Below, piece by piece: positions 11,617 to 22,080 of a DNA stretch of 64,000 bases. How positions within the stretch are numbered: position 1 is the stretch's first letter; the number at the start of each line of letters is the position of its first letter. Under the pieces are notes generated by a model. That model searched no databases. It saw only the letters and a program-made list of their open reading frames with translations, and was not told where the DNA came from. A program made the translations under genes and the position numbers. Source of the DNA: an uncultured Clostridia bacterium (GTDB taxonomy: Bacteria > Bacillota > Clostridia > TANB77 > CAG-508); contig CAPPGO010000003.1 of NCBI GenBank assembly GCA_948678575.1, positions 133,691 to 197,690 on the forward strand. Reading direction: 5' to 3'.

Positions 11617-14600
11617 TTAATTAATTTCTTTTAAACCTATTATTACTAATTTCATTATTGCTAAATCATTTATATTTACTTCTCCGTCTTTATTTACATC
11701 TGCTGCTATTAGATTTATTCCTGTTAAAATTTCTTTATCTATTAAATGTAATTTTATTTTTGCTAAGTCTATTATATCCATTCTTCCATCTTCTTTAATG
11801 TCTCCTAATACAACTATTGTATATTCTTTATTTTCCTTTTCTACTTTCAATTTCATTCCAGTTTTTAATATTGCTTCTGCTGTTTGTTCATTGTTCTCTT
11901 TATCTACTACTTTTGTTGTTCTATTTACTGTTATATTTTTATTGAAGTTTGCTACTGTTGTATTTGGTAAAACATATTTTATAATGTTATCTGAAATTTC
12001 ATATTTTTCAGATGAAATTTTAAATGGTTCTATTGGTTCTTCTTTCTTTGCTATTTGCAATTTTAATGCTACATCATTTGCTACTATGTCTATTTCTCCA
12101 TTGCTTCCTTCTAAGTTTCTTATTCTAAAGTTTGTTTCTATTATGTTTTCTGGTTTTAATGTCTCTTTTACTTTCATGTTTATTCTAAATGCAACACCAT
12201 CTGATAATACATATTGACCATTTTCTGTTATGAATTTTAAATTATCTTCATTAAATGAATTCTCATCAAAATTCCATTTATTCTCTCCTACAATATCTAT
12301 TAGTTCTAATACATCTTTATTGTATTCTATTCTTCCTGCAATAGCTATCAAACCTTTTTCGATATTCTTTATATTGCAAATACTTACTATTACTTCAAAG
12401 TTGTCTCCTGGATTTAATTTTTCTTTTGGAGTTGATAAAACAGCTTTAAATCTTGGTGCTGTATTTTCTTCTATTACAATTTGTATTTTTAAGATTTCTT
12501 TATTACCATCTGCATCTGTTACTTCATAACTTACATCATATGTTCCTGCTTTTTCTGTATCTAAGTTTGTTGTAATTTTTACTGTATCTTTATTTGGTAT
12601 AATATTTCCATCTTCATTATCTTTTATTGTAATTAAAGAATATAAATCTAAGTCGTCTCCTTCTTTATATTTTAAAGTTTTAGCAATATTTGTAATTACT
12701 GGTTTTCCACCAGCTTTTACTTTATTAATAAATTCTACATAAGGTGCTTTATCTTCTTCTCTTAATTTATTATATGCTTCTATAACTGCTTTCTTTTCTT
12801 CAACGTTTACTTTCTTGTTACTTAATTCTTCCTCTGTCACTTTTGCTTGATAATCAGTTATTGTTTTTATTGCTTGTGCTTTTATTTCTTGATATTTTTC
12901 TTCTGCTGTTTTTATCCATGTTACTTCTGCTTTTGCTGTTCCTTTATTTCCTGCCTTGTCTACAAATTCAAATGTAAAACTTCCATTTGCTGCAAAGGTA
13001 TGTTTATTTCCACCTTCACTAGTTATTGTAATTTCTTCACTTGCATTACCTAATGTTGCTACTACGTTTCCTTCTGTTTCTGTTGTAACATCATATGTTA
13101 CTGTTGCAGTAGGAACTGTTTTGTCTATCCAGTTTACTGATACTGACTTCATTCCAGTATTTCCTGCTTCATCCACATATTCAAAAATATATTCCCCATT
13201 TTCTGTAAATGTATGAGTATTTCCACCTGCTACTGTAACATTATCTAATTTCACGCCATTTTTTGTAAAGTTTATTGTTGCTATTACATCTTGATTTGTT
13301 AATTTTGTAGTATTATATGTTACTTCTGCTATTGGTAATAGTTTATCTATCCAATTTACTGCTGCTTTTGCAACGCCTTTATTTCCTACTCTATCTACAA
13401 ACTCAAATGTAAATTCTCCATTCTCTGTAAATGTATGGGTATTTCCACCTTCACTATTGATTGTTATTTCTTCACTTTCTTCTACTAATGTTGCTACTAC
13501 ATTTCCATTTGTTGCTTTTGTAACATCATATATTACTTTTGCTGTTGGTGCTACCTTGTCAATACAATTTACAACTGCATCTACACTTCCTTTATTTCCT
13601 GCTCTATCTCTAAATTCGAACGTAAAGTTTCCATTTTCTGTAAATGTATATGAATTCTTACCGTCATTATTAGTTATAGTTACTTCGCCTTCTTCTTCTT
13701 CAAAAAGCACCAATACAGTTACATCTTTATTTGTTGGTGTTACTGTATCACCAAATAAGGTTGGAACTGGTACATCCTTATCAATCCAATTAACAACTGC
13801 TTTTGCAACACCTTTATTTCCTGCTGGTCCTATAAATTGGAATTCATACTCTCCATTTTCTGTAAATGTATGAGTATTTCCACCTTCTACTGTTACTCCT
13901 TCTAATTCTTCTCCATTCTTTGTAAAACTTATTGTGGCTACTACATCTTTATTTGTCATTTCTGTTGTATTATAAGTTATTTTTGCCACTGGTAAAGTTT
14001 TATCAATCCAGTTTACTTCTGCTTTTGCTGTTCCTTCATTTCCGTATTCATCTACAAATTCAAATGTAAATTCTTTGTTTTCTGTAAATGTATATGTATC
14101 TTTTCCGTCATTATTTTTTATTCTTACATTTTGTTTATCAAATTTTATTGTTGCTATTACTGGCTGATTTGTTGCTTGCATTATGTTATATGAAATATTT
14201 CCTGTTGGAACTTTTTTATCTATCCAATTTACTGTTGCAGTAGCTGTTCCTTTATTTCCAAGCTCATTGGTAAATTCAAATGTAAAGCTTCCATTTTCTG
14301 TAAAAGTATATGTATCTTTTCCGTCATTATTTGTTATTGTTAAATTCTTATCTTTTTTATCTAATGTAGCCACTACATTTTTATTTGTTTTATCTGTTAT
14401 ATCATATTTTACAGTAGCTGTTGGAATTGTATTATCAATCCAAGTTACCTTGGCTGTTGCTTCTCCTTCATTTCCATAAGGTCCTCTAAATTTAAATTTA
14501 AATTCCCCATTTTCATTAAAGGTATATTTATTGCTACCATCATTATTTAGTATAGTTACATTTTCATTAAATTCTCCTTTAACTTTAAACTTAACTGTTA

Positions 14601-17600
14601 CTGTTACAGGTTGATTTGTTATTTCCTCTGTACTATACTCAAATATTGCCTCTGGTAATGTCTTGCATATCCAATCCACATTTGCTGTTGCTGTTCCTTC
14701 ATTTCCATAAGGCCCTCTAAATTCAAATGTAAAGTTTCCATTTTCTGTAAATGTATGCTTGTTATTACCTTCATTATTTAATATTGTTACTTTATCACTA
14801 GGCTCTCCATTCACCTTAAATTTAACTGTTACTGTTACATCTTTATTGGTTGGAGTTGGTATATCATACTCAAATATTGCTTCTGGTAATGTCTTGCATA
14901 TCCAATCTACTGTTGCTGTTGTACTTCCTTTATTTCCTTCACTGTCTTCAAATTGGAAAGTAAAGCTTCCATTTTCTGTAAATGTATATTCTGTACTTCC
15001 ATTATTATTTAATACTGTTATTTCTGTACTAGGATTAATTAATGTTACTACTACATCCTGATTAGTTAATTCTTTATTGCTATATTTTACTTCTGCTGTT
15101 GGAATAACTACATCTTTCTTTGTTATATCTTCATAGAAATTAAACATCCTAGCTCCAACATGTCTTTTCGCACTTGTATAAGAAGTGTTTGTACCTGTTA
15201 TTTTTACATATCTTACTTTAATTGGTTCATCAAAATCTATTGTTTTTGTATTTTGGTCGTTTGCCCAACCTGTTATTGTTGCAATATCAGTAAAGTTTTC
15301 ACCATCCATACTTCCTTGTATTGTACCACCAAGTATTTTTCCATTTTCAGTATGTGGTACATAATCCATTGCACTTAGATACACTGCACTGTCAAATTTT
15401 ACTATTATATATTTTTCAGTATCTGTACCTGCTGCTGAGTTTAACCATCTTGTATTATAGTTACCATCTATTGCATTTGCTGCTGCACCATTTTGTGCTT
15501 TATCCTCTGCTGAAACTCCTGCCACTTCTAATTTTGATACTGGTATATATTTTCTTGTATCTTCTTGATTGTCTGCTGTAAAGTTAAATTCTACTACATC
15601 ACTTGGTGCAAATATACCCCTCGCTTTTTTTCTAATTAAAAGTTTTGCATCGCCTTCTACTATTGGCTCTTCTGTTGAATAATCAGTCCATCCATTAATA
15701 CTTCTAGCTCTTGATTCATTTCTTTCAATTTTCCATTCTAGTACATCTGTACCTTCCATACCTATTAATCTATTTTCTAAATCATTTAAGTATGCTGATA
15801 TCACAGGTGTAAGTGATTTTTGAATACCTATTGTATATTCTTTGTTGTTAATTCTTATTTTAATTTTGTCATCACCATTTACTGTTTCTACTTCTTCTAA
15901 TGTTAGTGTATGTGTATCTGCTATTCCATGTTTCCATGTAGTTCCACTATTCAAACTATACTCCCAATTTGAACCTTTAAATTCATCTGTTAAAATTATC
16001 TTATTAGCTTCTTCTCCATCAAATGAGAATGATGCTACTTTTTTAACTGTTATATCTTCATACAAGTTAACCATTGCAAGTGAAGCAAATATACCATATC
16101 CTTCCATTTCAATTTTTACATACTGTCCTACTATACTCTCATTAAATGTAATATTCTTTAAATTTTCGTCTTGTATAGCATTTTCTATTCTTCCTGCTTC
16201 TATCCAATCCTGACCATTTTCGCTTACATATACATAAGCATTTTTTATAATACAAGGATCTTCACTTCTATATTTTTTTTGTTTATACTCTAATGCAGAT
16301 ATGTACTTGCTAGTATCAAGTTTTATTGTATATGTTGCTCTCTTACCTTCTATTGAATATCTAAAATCTGTATGCCACAAAGTATTAATATTTCCATCTA
16401 TTGCATTTTGTGCATAATATGGTCTAGTACTATCTATTGATTGACTTGAATACTCATGTACTGATAAATGTGATATTGGTATATATTTTCTATTATCTGG
16501 TTGATTATCTACTGTAAACTGATATTCTGCTATATCACTTGCTACATATTCTCCTTCTGCTTTTGTTCTAACATAAAGTGTTCCTTCACTATCTTCTGTT
16601 AAGTTTGGCTCTTCCTCTGCATATGCTTTCCAACTTCCATCATTAAACTTCCATTCAAGTTTAGTTGCATCTTTTAATCCAATTAGTCTGTTCTCTAAAT
16701 CATTTACATATGGTGTTTCATTATATGCTTTTTTATCTAAATCTATTAAATATTCCGTAGTATCTTCAGCAAATCTTATCTTAATATCATTTTCTGCTGT
16801 TAACACTTTTAATTCTTCATTATTTAATTGATGTACCTCTAATGTACCATTTTTCCAATTTACACCACCATCTATACTATATTGCCAATTTAAATTTTTA
16901 TATTGATCTCTAATTTTAATCTTTCCTGCTTCTTCTCCATCTAGTCTAAAATCAGCAACACATACCTTTGTTATGTCTTCATAAAAATTAAACATTTTTG
17001 CTGCTATGAAAGTTCTTCCATCCCCATAATTCGATGTAGCTTGGAACTTTACATATTTAGCTTCTTTTGATTTTGAAAAATTAACAGTTTTGATATTAGC
17101 ATTATTTCCCCATCCACTAAACGTTTCAACTTCCGTCCAATTTGTTCCATCAAGGCTTATAAATACTTTTCCTGCACTTACGCATCCATTTCCACTTCCT
17201 GCTGGTACATATTCTACTGCTGATATAAAAGTGGTTTTGTCTAACTCTATTGATATAAATCTTTCACTATCGCCTCCACTATAATTTGAATGCCATCTTG
17301 TATTTATATTTCCATCTAATGCATTAGCAATATGCCCATTCTGTCCTCCACCTGTTGCTTCACTTGAGAATGTATGTAACTTTATTCTTGATAATGGGAT
17401 ATATTTTCTAGTATCTGGTTGATTATCTGCTGTAAATGTATATCTTCTAGAATCACTTGAAATCGCTGTTCCTGTTGCTATCTTTCTAATTTCTACAGTT
17501 TTGTCTCCCGTTAAATCTGGTTCTGCTGTTTTATATGAAGTCCATGCATCTGTATCATTCAAACGCCATTCTAAAGTTTCATTTGCGCATATAATACGGT

Positions 17601-20028
17601 TTTCTAAGTCATTATTATATAAATTATTAGGAAGAGTTCCTTTTGTAATATCAATTGTATATATTATACTTTCTAATCCCATGAATTTAATTAATATGTC
17701 TTTTTCTGGTGTTATACTTGCAATCTCTTCTGCTGTTAAAGTTGTTGTTGGTTCAGTTTTAAAGTCTGCTACCCATGTTTCTCCATTATCTAAGCTATAT
17801 TTATAAGCATTTTCATAATTAGAATTTCTAACTAGTTTACCTGCATTTTCTCCATCAAATGAAAATGCCATTGGTGGATCTTGTGCTTGATTTAAAAGTT
17901 GTCTTGCATGAACTCTAGTTGGTTCTGCATGATCTGCTTCATCATTAGAAGTATACGAACATGCTCTTGTTAGTACTTCTCTTTCTAATCCATCTATTTC
18001 TATTCTATCTGCACCCTCTAAATATGGTCTTATAACTTTTATTAAGTCAAATAATGCTACTGGATGATGTTCATAAGCTGTAATAATTTTTCTAGCTAAA
18101 GTTGCCCAATCATTACTTGTTATTGTTCCACCTTGATTTTTCACACTCATATTTTTATAAAGACTAATCATATAATCATAAGTATCCAAATTTAAATCAT
18201 TAATTTCTAATGATTTAAAATAAGTTTCTATTTTCTGATTATTGTCTGTATATGAGTTAGCAACTAAATCATAATATAATGATTTTCTATATGCTTCTAA
18301 GTTATTTAGGTTATCTTGACCTAAATATAAATAACCTGTACTTGATGCAATTTTGTTACCACTAATTTTTTGATCAGCAAAATATTTATTTCCCCAATTA
18401 AATAATAATCTTACACGTTGACCACCACCCCAAGTTGTACCAGCACCACTCCAGTTTCCATACCTTGTAGACCAAAATCCTTTTCCGTCATTTGTTTGAT
18501 AATATGTTATATATAATTCGTGTCCTACTTGATATGCTCCAACTGCTGGAAGTCCATTAACACGATTCATACTTTGTCCAGCTCTTGATGCATTCCAACA
18601 TATTCCACCATTTTCTAGTGTCATCCAAAAACGAACTGCTCCATCTCCATAAGGAACTTTATATTTTTCTCCTAAAACTTCATCTTCTAGCATATATTTT
18701 TTTACATATTTTTCTCTGTTTGCTTCATCTCTATATGCTGGTCTATTATAAACTGGCGAAACATAGGCATACCAGTAAAAATTATATCCTGTCTGATTTC
18801 CTTGACCATTGGGTTTTGCTATAGGTGTATTACAGTATTCATTAAGCCATACAAATTCGTCATTTCTTACTGGTTCTTTCATTAATAAACGCATTAATGC
18901 AACATGATAGTCTTTTACCCAGTCATTATGTACCATTGTACCTGTCATTCCAGTGTTGTTTACTCTTCTAAATTTATTATTGTCAAATAAATACTTTAAT
19001 ATTTCAAAACGTTCTATATAATCATAAGTTGCTGTTTGTTCCCCAAAGTTTAAAGGTCCTATTAGTGCATCAGTTGAATATGATGCTGCTAACGATATTA
19101 TCATTTTTTGATATACATATCCATTTTCTGTTTTAAGATCTTCTTTGTAAGTACAATATAAGTTTGACAAAACTTCAATAAATCTTACAGTATTTAGTTC
19201 TCCAACTTCTACTACTTGTTCAAGAGTATCATCTTTACTAAATAACCAATCAAAAGTTTCACGAGCCTTATTATCATAATTAGCATAGCTTACAATTGTA
19301 TTATAGTCAAATTTTCTTACAAATTCTCTTTCAAGAATAAGTCTATAATTGTTATTATAATTATAATCTGCATCATGACTTCCTAATATCTCATCATAAT
19401 ACTCTAATTTATGTATTTTATCATAAGTTTCTTCTTTATCAACATAATCACTCTTAACGAGTTTTGCTCCTCCTAATACAGCATGGTCTGCTGCATTACT
19501 ACCATTTGGATCAACATATATACGTAAGTATTTATATCCTTCAATATTAACATCTATATTTAATGCATCACTTACACCAGTTACTACTGAAGATTTAGCA
19601 ATTAAATTAGTCCATTTATTACCATCATTAGATACTAATACCCTAAACCATACACCATTACTATTGTTACCACGTGATGCATCTACACCAGCTTTTGTAA
19701 TAAATCTTGTGTATTCTCCAGATAGTTCAGATATATCATAAGTTATTTGTGCTTTTGCATGAATACCTAAACCTTTGAAAAAAATCTTGTTTTTTCCATT
19801 TTCTTTTAAGGTAATCTTTGAACCTTCTGGTGGTGCATCTTTTTTGATGCTACCCCAACTGACATAAGACCAGTTATTGGTAGTAATATAGTCTAAGTCA
19901 GATAAGTATTTAACTTCTTCGTCTGAACTGGCTAATACTTCATTGCCAAAACAACTAAGAATAGTTAAAATCATAAAACAGCAAGCAATTAATATAAAAA
20001 TTGCTTGTTTTCTTTGTGTTTGTTTCAT
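11617..20028 (-). CDS. giant secreted multimodular protein, 2803 aa (NPCBM, central unassigned domain, 3x F5/8 type C, 10 Ig-like repeats, FIVAR-like, cohesin-like, dockerin)
   Basis: Start ATG at 20028 with RBS GGGGGAGGAAAAAC; the tracker's 15-codon N-extension is rejected. Signal peptide MKQTQRKQAIFILIACCFMILTILSCFG. NPCBM motifs YLSDLDY...GLGIHA...DHAVLGGAKL. Three F5/8 discoidin domains (A.DGN.NT.WHS ... DG.NWT). Ten tandem 72-78 aa repeats (TFTENG.FTFEF.D..GN.G...V.WIDK). C-terminal cohesin-like module about 12046..12457. Two dockerin repeats about 11638..11815: GDIKEDGRMDIIDLAKIKLHLI and ADVNKDGEVNINDLAIMKLVII. Confidence 0.8.
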   Translation of the reverse strand: MKQTQRKQAIFILIACCFMILTILSCFGNEVLASSDEEVKYLSDLDYITTNNWSYVSWGSIKKDAPPEGSKITLKENGKNKIFFKGLGIHAKAQITYDISELSGEYTRFITKAGVDASRGNNSNGVWFRVLVSNDGNKWTNLIAKSSVVTGVSDALNIDVNIEGYKYLRIYVDPNGSNAADHAVLGGAKLVKSDYVDKEETYDKIHKLEYYDEILGSHDADYNYNNNYRLILEREFVRKFDYNTIVSYANYDNKARETFDWLFSKDDTLEQVVEVGELNTVRFIEVLSNLYCTYKEDLKTENGYVYQKMIISLAASYSTDALIGPLNFGEQTATYDYIERFEILKYLFDNNKFRRVNNTGMTGTMVHNDWVKDYHVALMRLLMKEPVRNDEFVWLNEYCNTPIAKPNGQGNQTGYNFYWYAYVSPVYNRPAYRDEANREKYVKKYMLEDEVLGEKYKVPYGDGAVRFWMTLENGGICWNASRAGQSMNRVNGLPAVGAYQVGHELYITYYQTNDGKGFWSTRYGNWSGAGTTWGGGQRVRLLFNWGNKYFADQKISGNKIASSTGYLYLGQDNLNNLEAYRKSLYYDLVANSYTDNNQKIETYFKSLEINDLNLDTYDYMISLYKNMSVKNQGGTITSNDWATLARKIITAYEHHPVALFDLIKVIRPYLEGADRIEIDGLEREVLTRACSYTSNDEADHAEPTRVHARQLLNQAQDPPMAFSFDGENAGKLVRNSNYENAYKYSLDNGETWVADFKTEPTTTLTAEEIASITPEKDILIKFMGLESIIYTIDITKGTLPNNLYNNDLENRIICANETLEWRLNDTDAWTSYKTAEPDLTGDKTVEIRKIATGTAISSDSRRYTFTADNQPDTRKYIPLSRIKLHTFSSEATGGGQNGHIANALDGNINTRWHSNYSGGDSERFISIELDKTTFISAVEYVPAGSGNGCVSAGKVFISLDGTNWTEVETFSGWGNNANIKTVNFSKSKEAKYVKFQATSNYGDGRTFIAAKMFNFYEDITKVCVADFRLDGEEAGKIKIRDQYKNLNWQYSIDGGVNWKNGTLEVHQLNNEELKVLTAENDIKIRFAEDTTEYLIDLDKKAYNETPYVNDLENRLIGLKDATKLEWKFNDGSWKAYAEEEPNLTEDSEGTLYVRTKAEGEYVASDIAEYQFTVDNQPDNRKYIPISHLSVHEYSSQSIDSTRPYYAQNAIDGNINTLWHTDFRYSIEGKRATYTIKLDTSKYISALEYKQKKYRSEDPCIIKNAYVYVSENGQDWIEAGRIENAIQDENLKNITFNESIVGQYVKIEMEGYGIFASLAMVNLYEDITVKKVASFSFDGEEANKIILTDEFKGSNWEYSLNSGTTWKHGIADTHTLTLEEVETVNGDDKIKIRINNKEYTIGIQKSLTPVISAYLNDLENRLIGMEGTDVLEWKIERNESRARSINGWTDYSTEEPIVEGDAKLLIRKKARGIFAPSDVVEFNFTADNQEDTRKYIPVSKLEVAGVSAEDKAQNGAAANAIDGNYNTRWLNSAAGTDTEKYIIVKFDSAVYLSAMDYVPHTENGKILGGTIQGSMDGENFTDIATITGWANDQNTKTIDFDEPIKVRYVKITGTNTSYTSAKRHVGARMFNFYEDITKKDVVIPTAEVKYSNKELTNQDVVVTLINPSTEITVLNNNGSTEYTFTENGSFTFQFEDSEGNKGSTTATVDWICKTLPEAIFEYDIPTPTNKDVTVTVKFKVNGEPSDKVTILNNEGNNKHTFTENGNFTFEFRGPYGNEGTATANVDWICKTLPEAIFEYSTEEITNQPVTVTVKFKVKGEFNENVTILNNDGSNKYTFNENGEFKFKFRGPYGNEGEATAKVTWIDNTIPTATVKYDITDKTNKNVVATLDKKDKNLTITNNDGKDTYTFTENGSFTFEFTNELGNKGTATATVNWIDKKVPTGNISYNIMQATNQPVIATIKFDKQNVRIKNNDGKDTYTFTENKEFTFEFVDEYGNEGTAKAEVNWIDKTLPVAKITYNTTEMTNKDVVATISFTKNGEELEGVTVEGGNTHTFTENGEYEFQFIGPAGNKGVAKAVVNWIDKDVPVPTLFGDTVTPTNKDVTVLVLFEEEEGEVTITNNDGKNSYTFTENGNFTFEFRDRAGNKGSVDAVVNCIDKVAPTAKVIYDVTKATNGNVVATLVEESEEITINSEGGNTHTFTENGEFTFEFVDRVGNKGVAKAAVNWIDKLLPIAEVTYNTTKLTNQDVIATINFTKNGVKLDNVTVAGGNTHTFTENGEYIFEYVDEAGNTGMKSVSVNWIDKTVPTATVTYDVTTETEGNVVATLGNASEEITITSEGGNKHTFAANGSFTFEFVDKAGNKGTAKAEVTWIKTAEEKYQEIKAQAIKTITDYQAKVTEEELSNKKVNVEEKKAVIEAYNKLREEDKAPYVEFINKVKAGGKPVITNIAKTLKYKEGDDLDLYSLITIKDNEDGNIIPNKDTVKITTNLDTEKAGTYDVSYEVTDADGNKEILKIQIVIEENTAPRFKAVLSTPKEKLNPGDNFEVIVSICNIKNIEKGLIAIAGRIEYNKDVLELIDIVGENKWNFDENSFNEDNLKFITENGQYVLSDGVAFRINMKVKETLKPENIIETNFRIRNLEGSNGEIDIVANDVALKLQIAKKEEPIEPFKISSEKYEISDNIIKYVLPNTTVANFNKNITVNRTTKVVDKENNEQTAEAILKTGMKLKVEKENKEYTIVVLGDIKEDGRMDIIDLAKIKLHLIDKEILTGINLIAADVNKDGEVNINDLAIMKLVIIGLKEIN
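12910..15160 (-). repeat. ten tandem coding repeats of about 225 bp (Ig-like / Cry22Aa-Ig / DUF5011-type modules) inside the giant gene
   Basis: Recurrent peptide unit ...TNKDVV.T......TI.NNDG...YTFTENG.FTFEF.D..GNKG.A.A.VNWIDK..P.A seen 10 times; DNA-level recurrence of tccattttctgtaaatgtat-like segments. Confidence 0.65.
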
Positions 20029-20104
20029 GTTTTTCCTCCCCCATATTTTAATTTTTATAACTTTTATTAACATAACATTTACTTTATTATACTATCATTG
20101 GCAG

Positions 20105-20131
20105 TTATTGTCAATTCCTTAATGACAATAA
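20105..20131. promoter_or_regulatory. perfect 9-9-9 palindrome TTATTGTCA-N9-TGACAATAA upstream of the giant gene (candidate operator)
   Basis: Located about 80-100 bp upstream of start codon 20028 in the 225-bp intergenic region. Confidence 0.3.
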
Positions 20132-20252
20132 AATAGCTATATTAGATTATTTTGTCCCTTCCGTAGCTTTTTAATATATATTTTTTTTACATAACATTAA
20201 TATTACATTTATTGAAAATATGAAGTATAAACTTCATATTTTCTTATTAAAA

Positions 20253-20813
20253 TTATTTACTTACTACATAATTATATGCATCAATTGAATCTTGATGTAT
20301 TTCAATTCTATCATCCAACATATATTTTATCTTTCCAACTAGTGCGTATAAATATGCTTTATCTAAATCTTTTTTTGCTATTTTATAAACTTCTATTGCT
20401 TCTGGAAAATCTCTACTTTCCTCTGAAAAATCTGATATATACAAAATTTTATCCAAAGTAGACATATTTGCTTTTGCTGTTGTGTGATAACTAATAGCTT
20501 CACACATATCATCTGTAAATCCGAACTCTTTTTTACAAATTACGGCTCCATGTTTTGCATGAATTAAAGCTTTATTATTTTTCTCAAATTCATCTAATAA
20601 AACGCCAACTTTTTCTGCTTCTTCTATTCTTTTTTCTCTCGGAATTTCTTTTGCTATATCATGTGCAATTCCTATTAACTTGGCTTTTTCTATATCTTCA
20701 CCATATAGAGTAGCAAATTCAATACATCTATCCATAACACATTTACAATGATGAAATCTTCTTTCAGATAAAGTTTGTTTAACTACTTTTTCTACTTCTT
20801 CAAAACTCTTCAT
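20253..20813 (-). CDS. HD-domain phosphohydrolase, YqeK-like (Ap4A hydrolase family)
   Basis: HCKCVMDRCIEFATLYGEDIEKAKLIGIAHDIAKE HD motif; start MKSFEE chosen because its ATG overlaps the ddl stop as TAATG; tracker N-extension MWCKRNQRNEKI rejected. Confidence 0.55.
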   Translation of the reverse strand: MKSFEEVEKVVKQTLSERRFHHCKCVMDRCIEFATLYGEDIEKAKLIGIAHDIAKEIPREKRIEEAEKVGVLLDEFEKNNKALIHAKHGAVICKKEFGFTDDMCEAISYHTTAKANMSTLDKILYISDFSEESRDFPEAIEVYKIAKKDLDKAYLYALVGKIKYMLDDRIEIHQDSIDAYNYVVSK

Positions 20814-22066
20814 TATTTTTTCATTCCTTTGGTTCCTTTTACACCACATTGCATTGCTAAAATATTTTGGTCATAAGAGAAAGTTAAATTCTCTCTTTCA
20901 CGATGTCTTTTTAATGCTATATCTATTGCTTGATCTAATTTTTCTTCAAAAGACTTGCCACTAGCTTCCCATAAATAGAATGATAATGCACCTGGAATTG
21001 TGTTTATTTCATTTATGTACACTTTTCCTGTTTTATTATCCATTAAAAAATCTACTCTTGAAAATCCACTGCAACCTAATGTTTTAAATGTTTCTTTGGT
21101 TAATTTTTGAATTTCCTCAGATTTTTCTTTACTAATATCGGCTGGAATTTTTTTGTTTGCAAAATTCTCATTAGAATTTCCAGTTTTTGCACCTGATTTC
21201 ATTACATTAGTTTTAACTGCTGAAACTTTACCTCCACCTATTGTTCCACCTTTTGTTTTTCCATCTCCAATATATTTATCTGTATAACTTAAAATCTCAT
21301 CTGTAAATATAGGTTCTTCACAAATTGATGTTTCACTTTCTGATAAATTACCTATAACAGCACAATTTATTTCTTTTAAATCTGTAACTGCCTGTTCTAC
21401 AATAACCCTATCCGCAAATTCCATCGCAAAATCTATGCTTTCTTCAAGTTCAGCTTTATTCGAAGCCTTTTTTATTCCAACACTTGAACCTAAATTACCT
21501 GGTTTTACAATAACTGGATATTCAAGTTTTTCTTCAATTTGTTTTATTATTTTTTCTTCATCTTTTATATAATCCATTGAATAAAAATCTACAAATTCTA
21601 CTACGGGAAGTCCACTTTCTCTTAAAACTTTCTTTTGCATAATTTTATCCATTCCTATACTTGAACCCATAATGTCAGGACCTACATAAGGAATCCCTAG
21701 CAAATTAATAAATCCTGCAATTGTTCCATCTTCACAATTCGTTCCATGAACTATTGGAAAAGCAACATCTATTGTATTTAGAACTTTTTTTCCTATAACT
21801 GGTGCGGGACATCTTACAACTTGAACTTCTTTTCCAGTATTTACTACCGCAACTTTATAACATCTTTTTAGTAATACTTCCATATCTCTAAAAGAATATA
21901 AATCTAATAAATCATCTCCTGTATACATTACTCCATTTTTAGCAATGTATATAGGAATAATCTCATATTTTTTTGGATTCAAACTATTTATAGCTTGATT
22001 CATTGTAATTACTGATATTTCGTGTTCTACTGATTTTCCACCAAAAAACACACCAACTTTTATCAT
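20813..22066 (-). CDS. ddl: D-alanine--D-alanine ligase with a ~40-aa Gly/Lys-rich insertion and C-terminal tail
   Basis: MIKVGVFFGGKSVEHEISVIT...; ATP-grasp motifs; insertion YTDKYIGDGKTKGGTIGGGKVSAVKTNVMKSGAKTGNSNENFANKKIPADIS in the omega-loop region; length 417 aa versus the usual 300-360. Confidence 0.75.
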   Translation of the reverse strand: MIKVGVFFGGKSVEHEISVITMNQAINSLNPKKYEIIPIYIAKNGVMYTGDDLLDLYSFRDMEVLLKRCYKVAVVNTGKEVQVVRCPAPVIGKKVLNTIDVAFPIVHGTNCEDGTIAGFINLLGIPYVGPDIMGSSIGMDKIMQKKVLRESGLPVVEFVDFYSMDYIKDEEKIIKQIEEKLEYPVIVKPGNLGSSVGIKKASNKAELEESIDFAMEFADRVIVEQAVTDLKEINCAVIGNLSESETSICEEPIFTDEILSYTDKYIGDGKTKGGTIGGGKVSAVKTNVMKSGAKTGNSNENFANKKIPADISKEKSEEIQKLTKETFKTLGCSGFSRVDFLMDNKTGKVYINEINTIPGALSFYLWEASGKSFEEKLDQAIDIALKRHRERENLTFSYDQNILAMQCGVKGTKGMKK

Positions 22067-22080
22067 TTTAAGTTCCTCCT

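Noticed and set aside
12910-15160. Possible CRISPR array, based on regularly spaced DNA repeats
   Set aside because: The repeats are about 225 bp, divergent, in-frame and encode Ig-like protein modules. There are no short direct repeats with unique spacers, and no cas genes.
11798-18824. Many plus-strand ORFs (60-140 aa) inside the giant minus-strand gene
   Set aside because: Low-complexity Ser/Phe/Leu-rich translations with no RBS or motifs. They are antisense shadows of a long AT-rich coding region.
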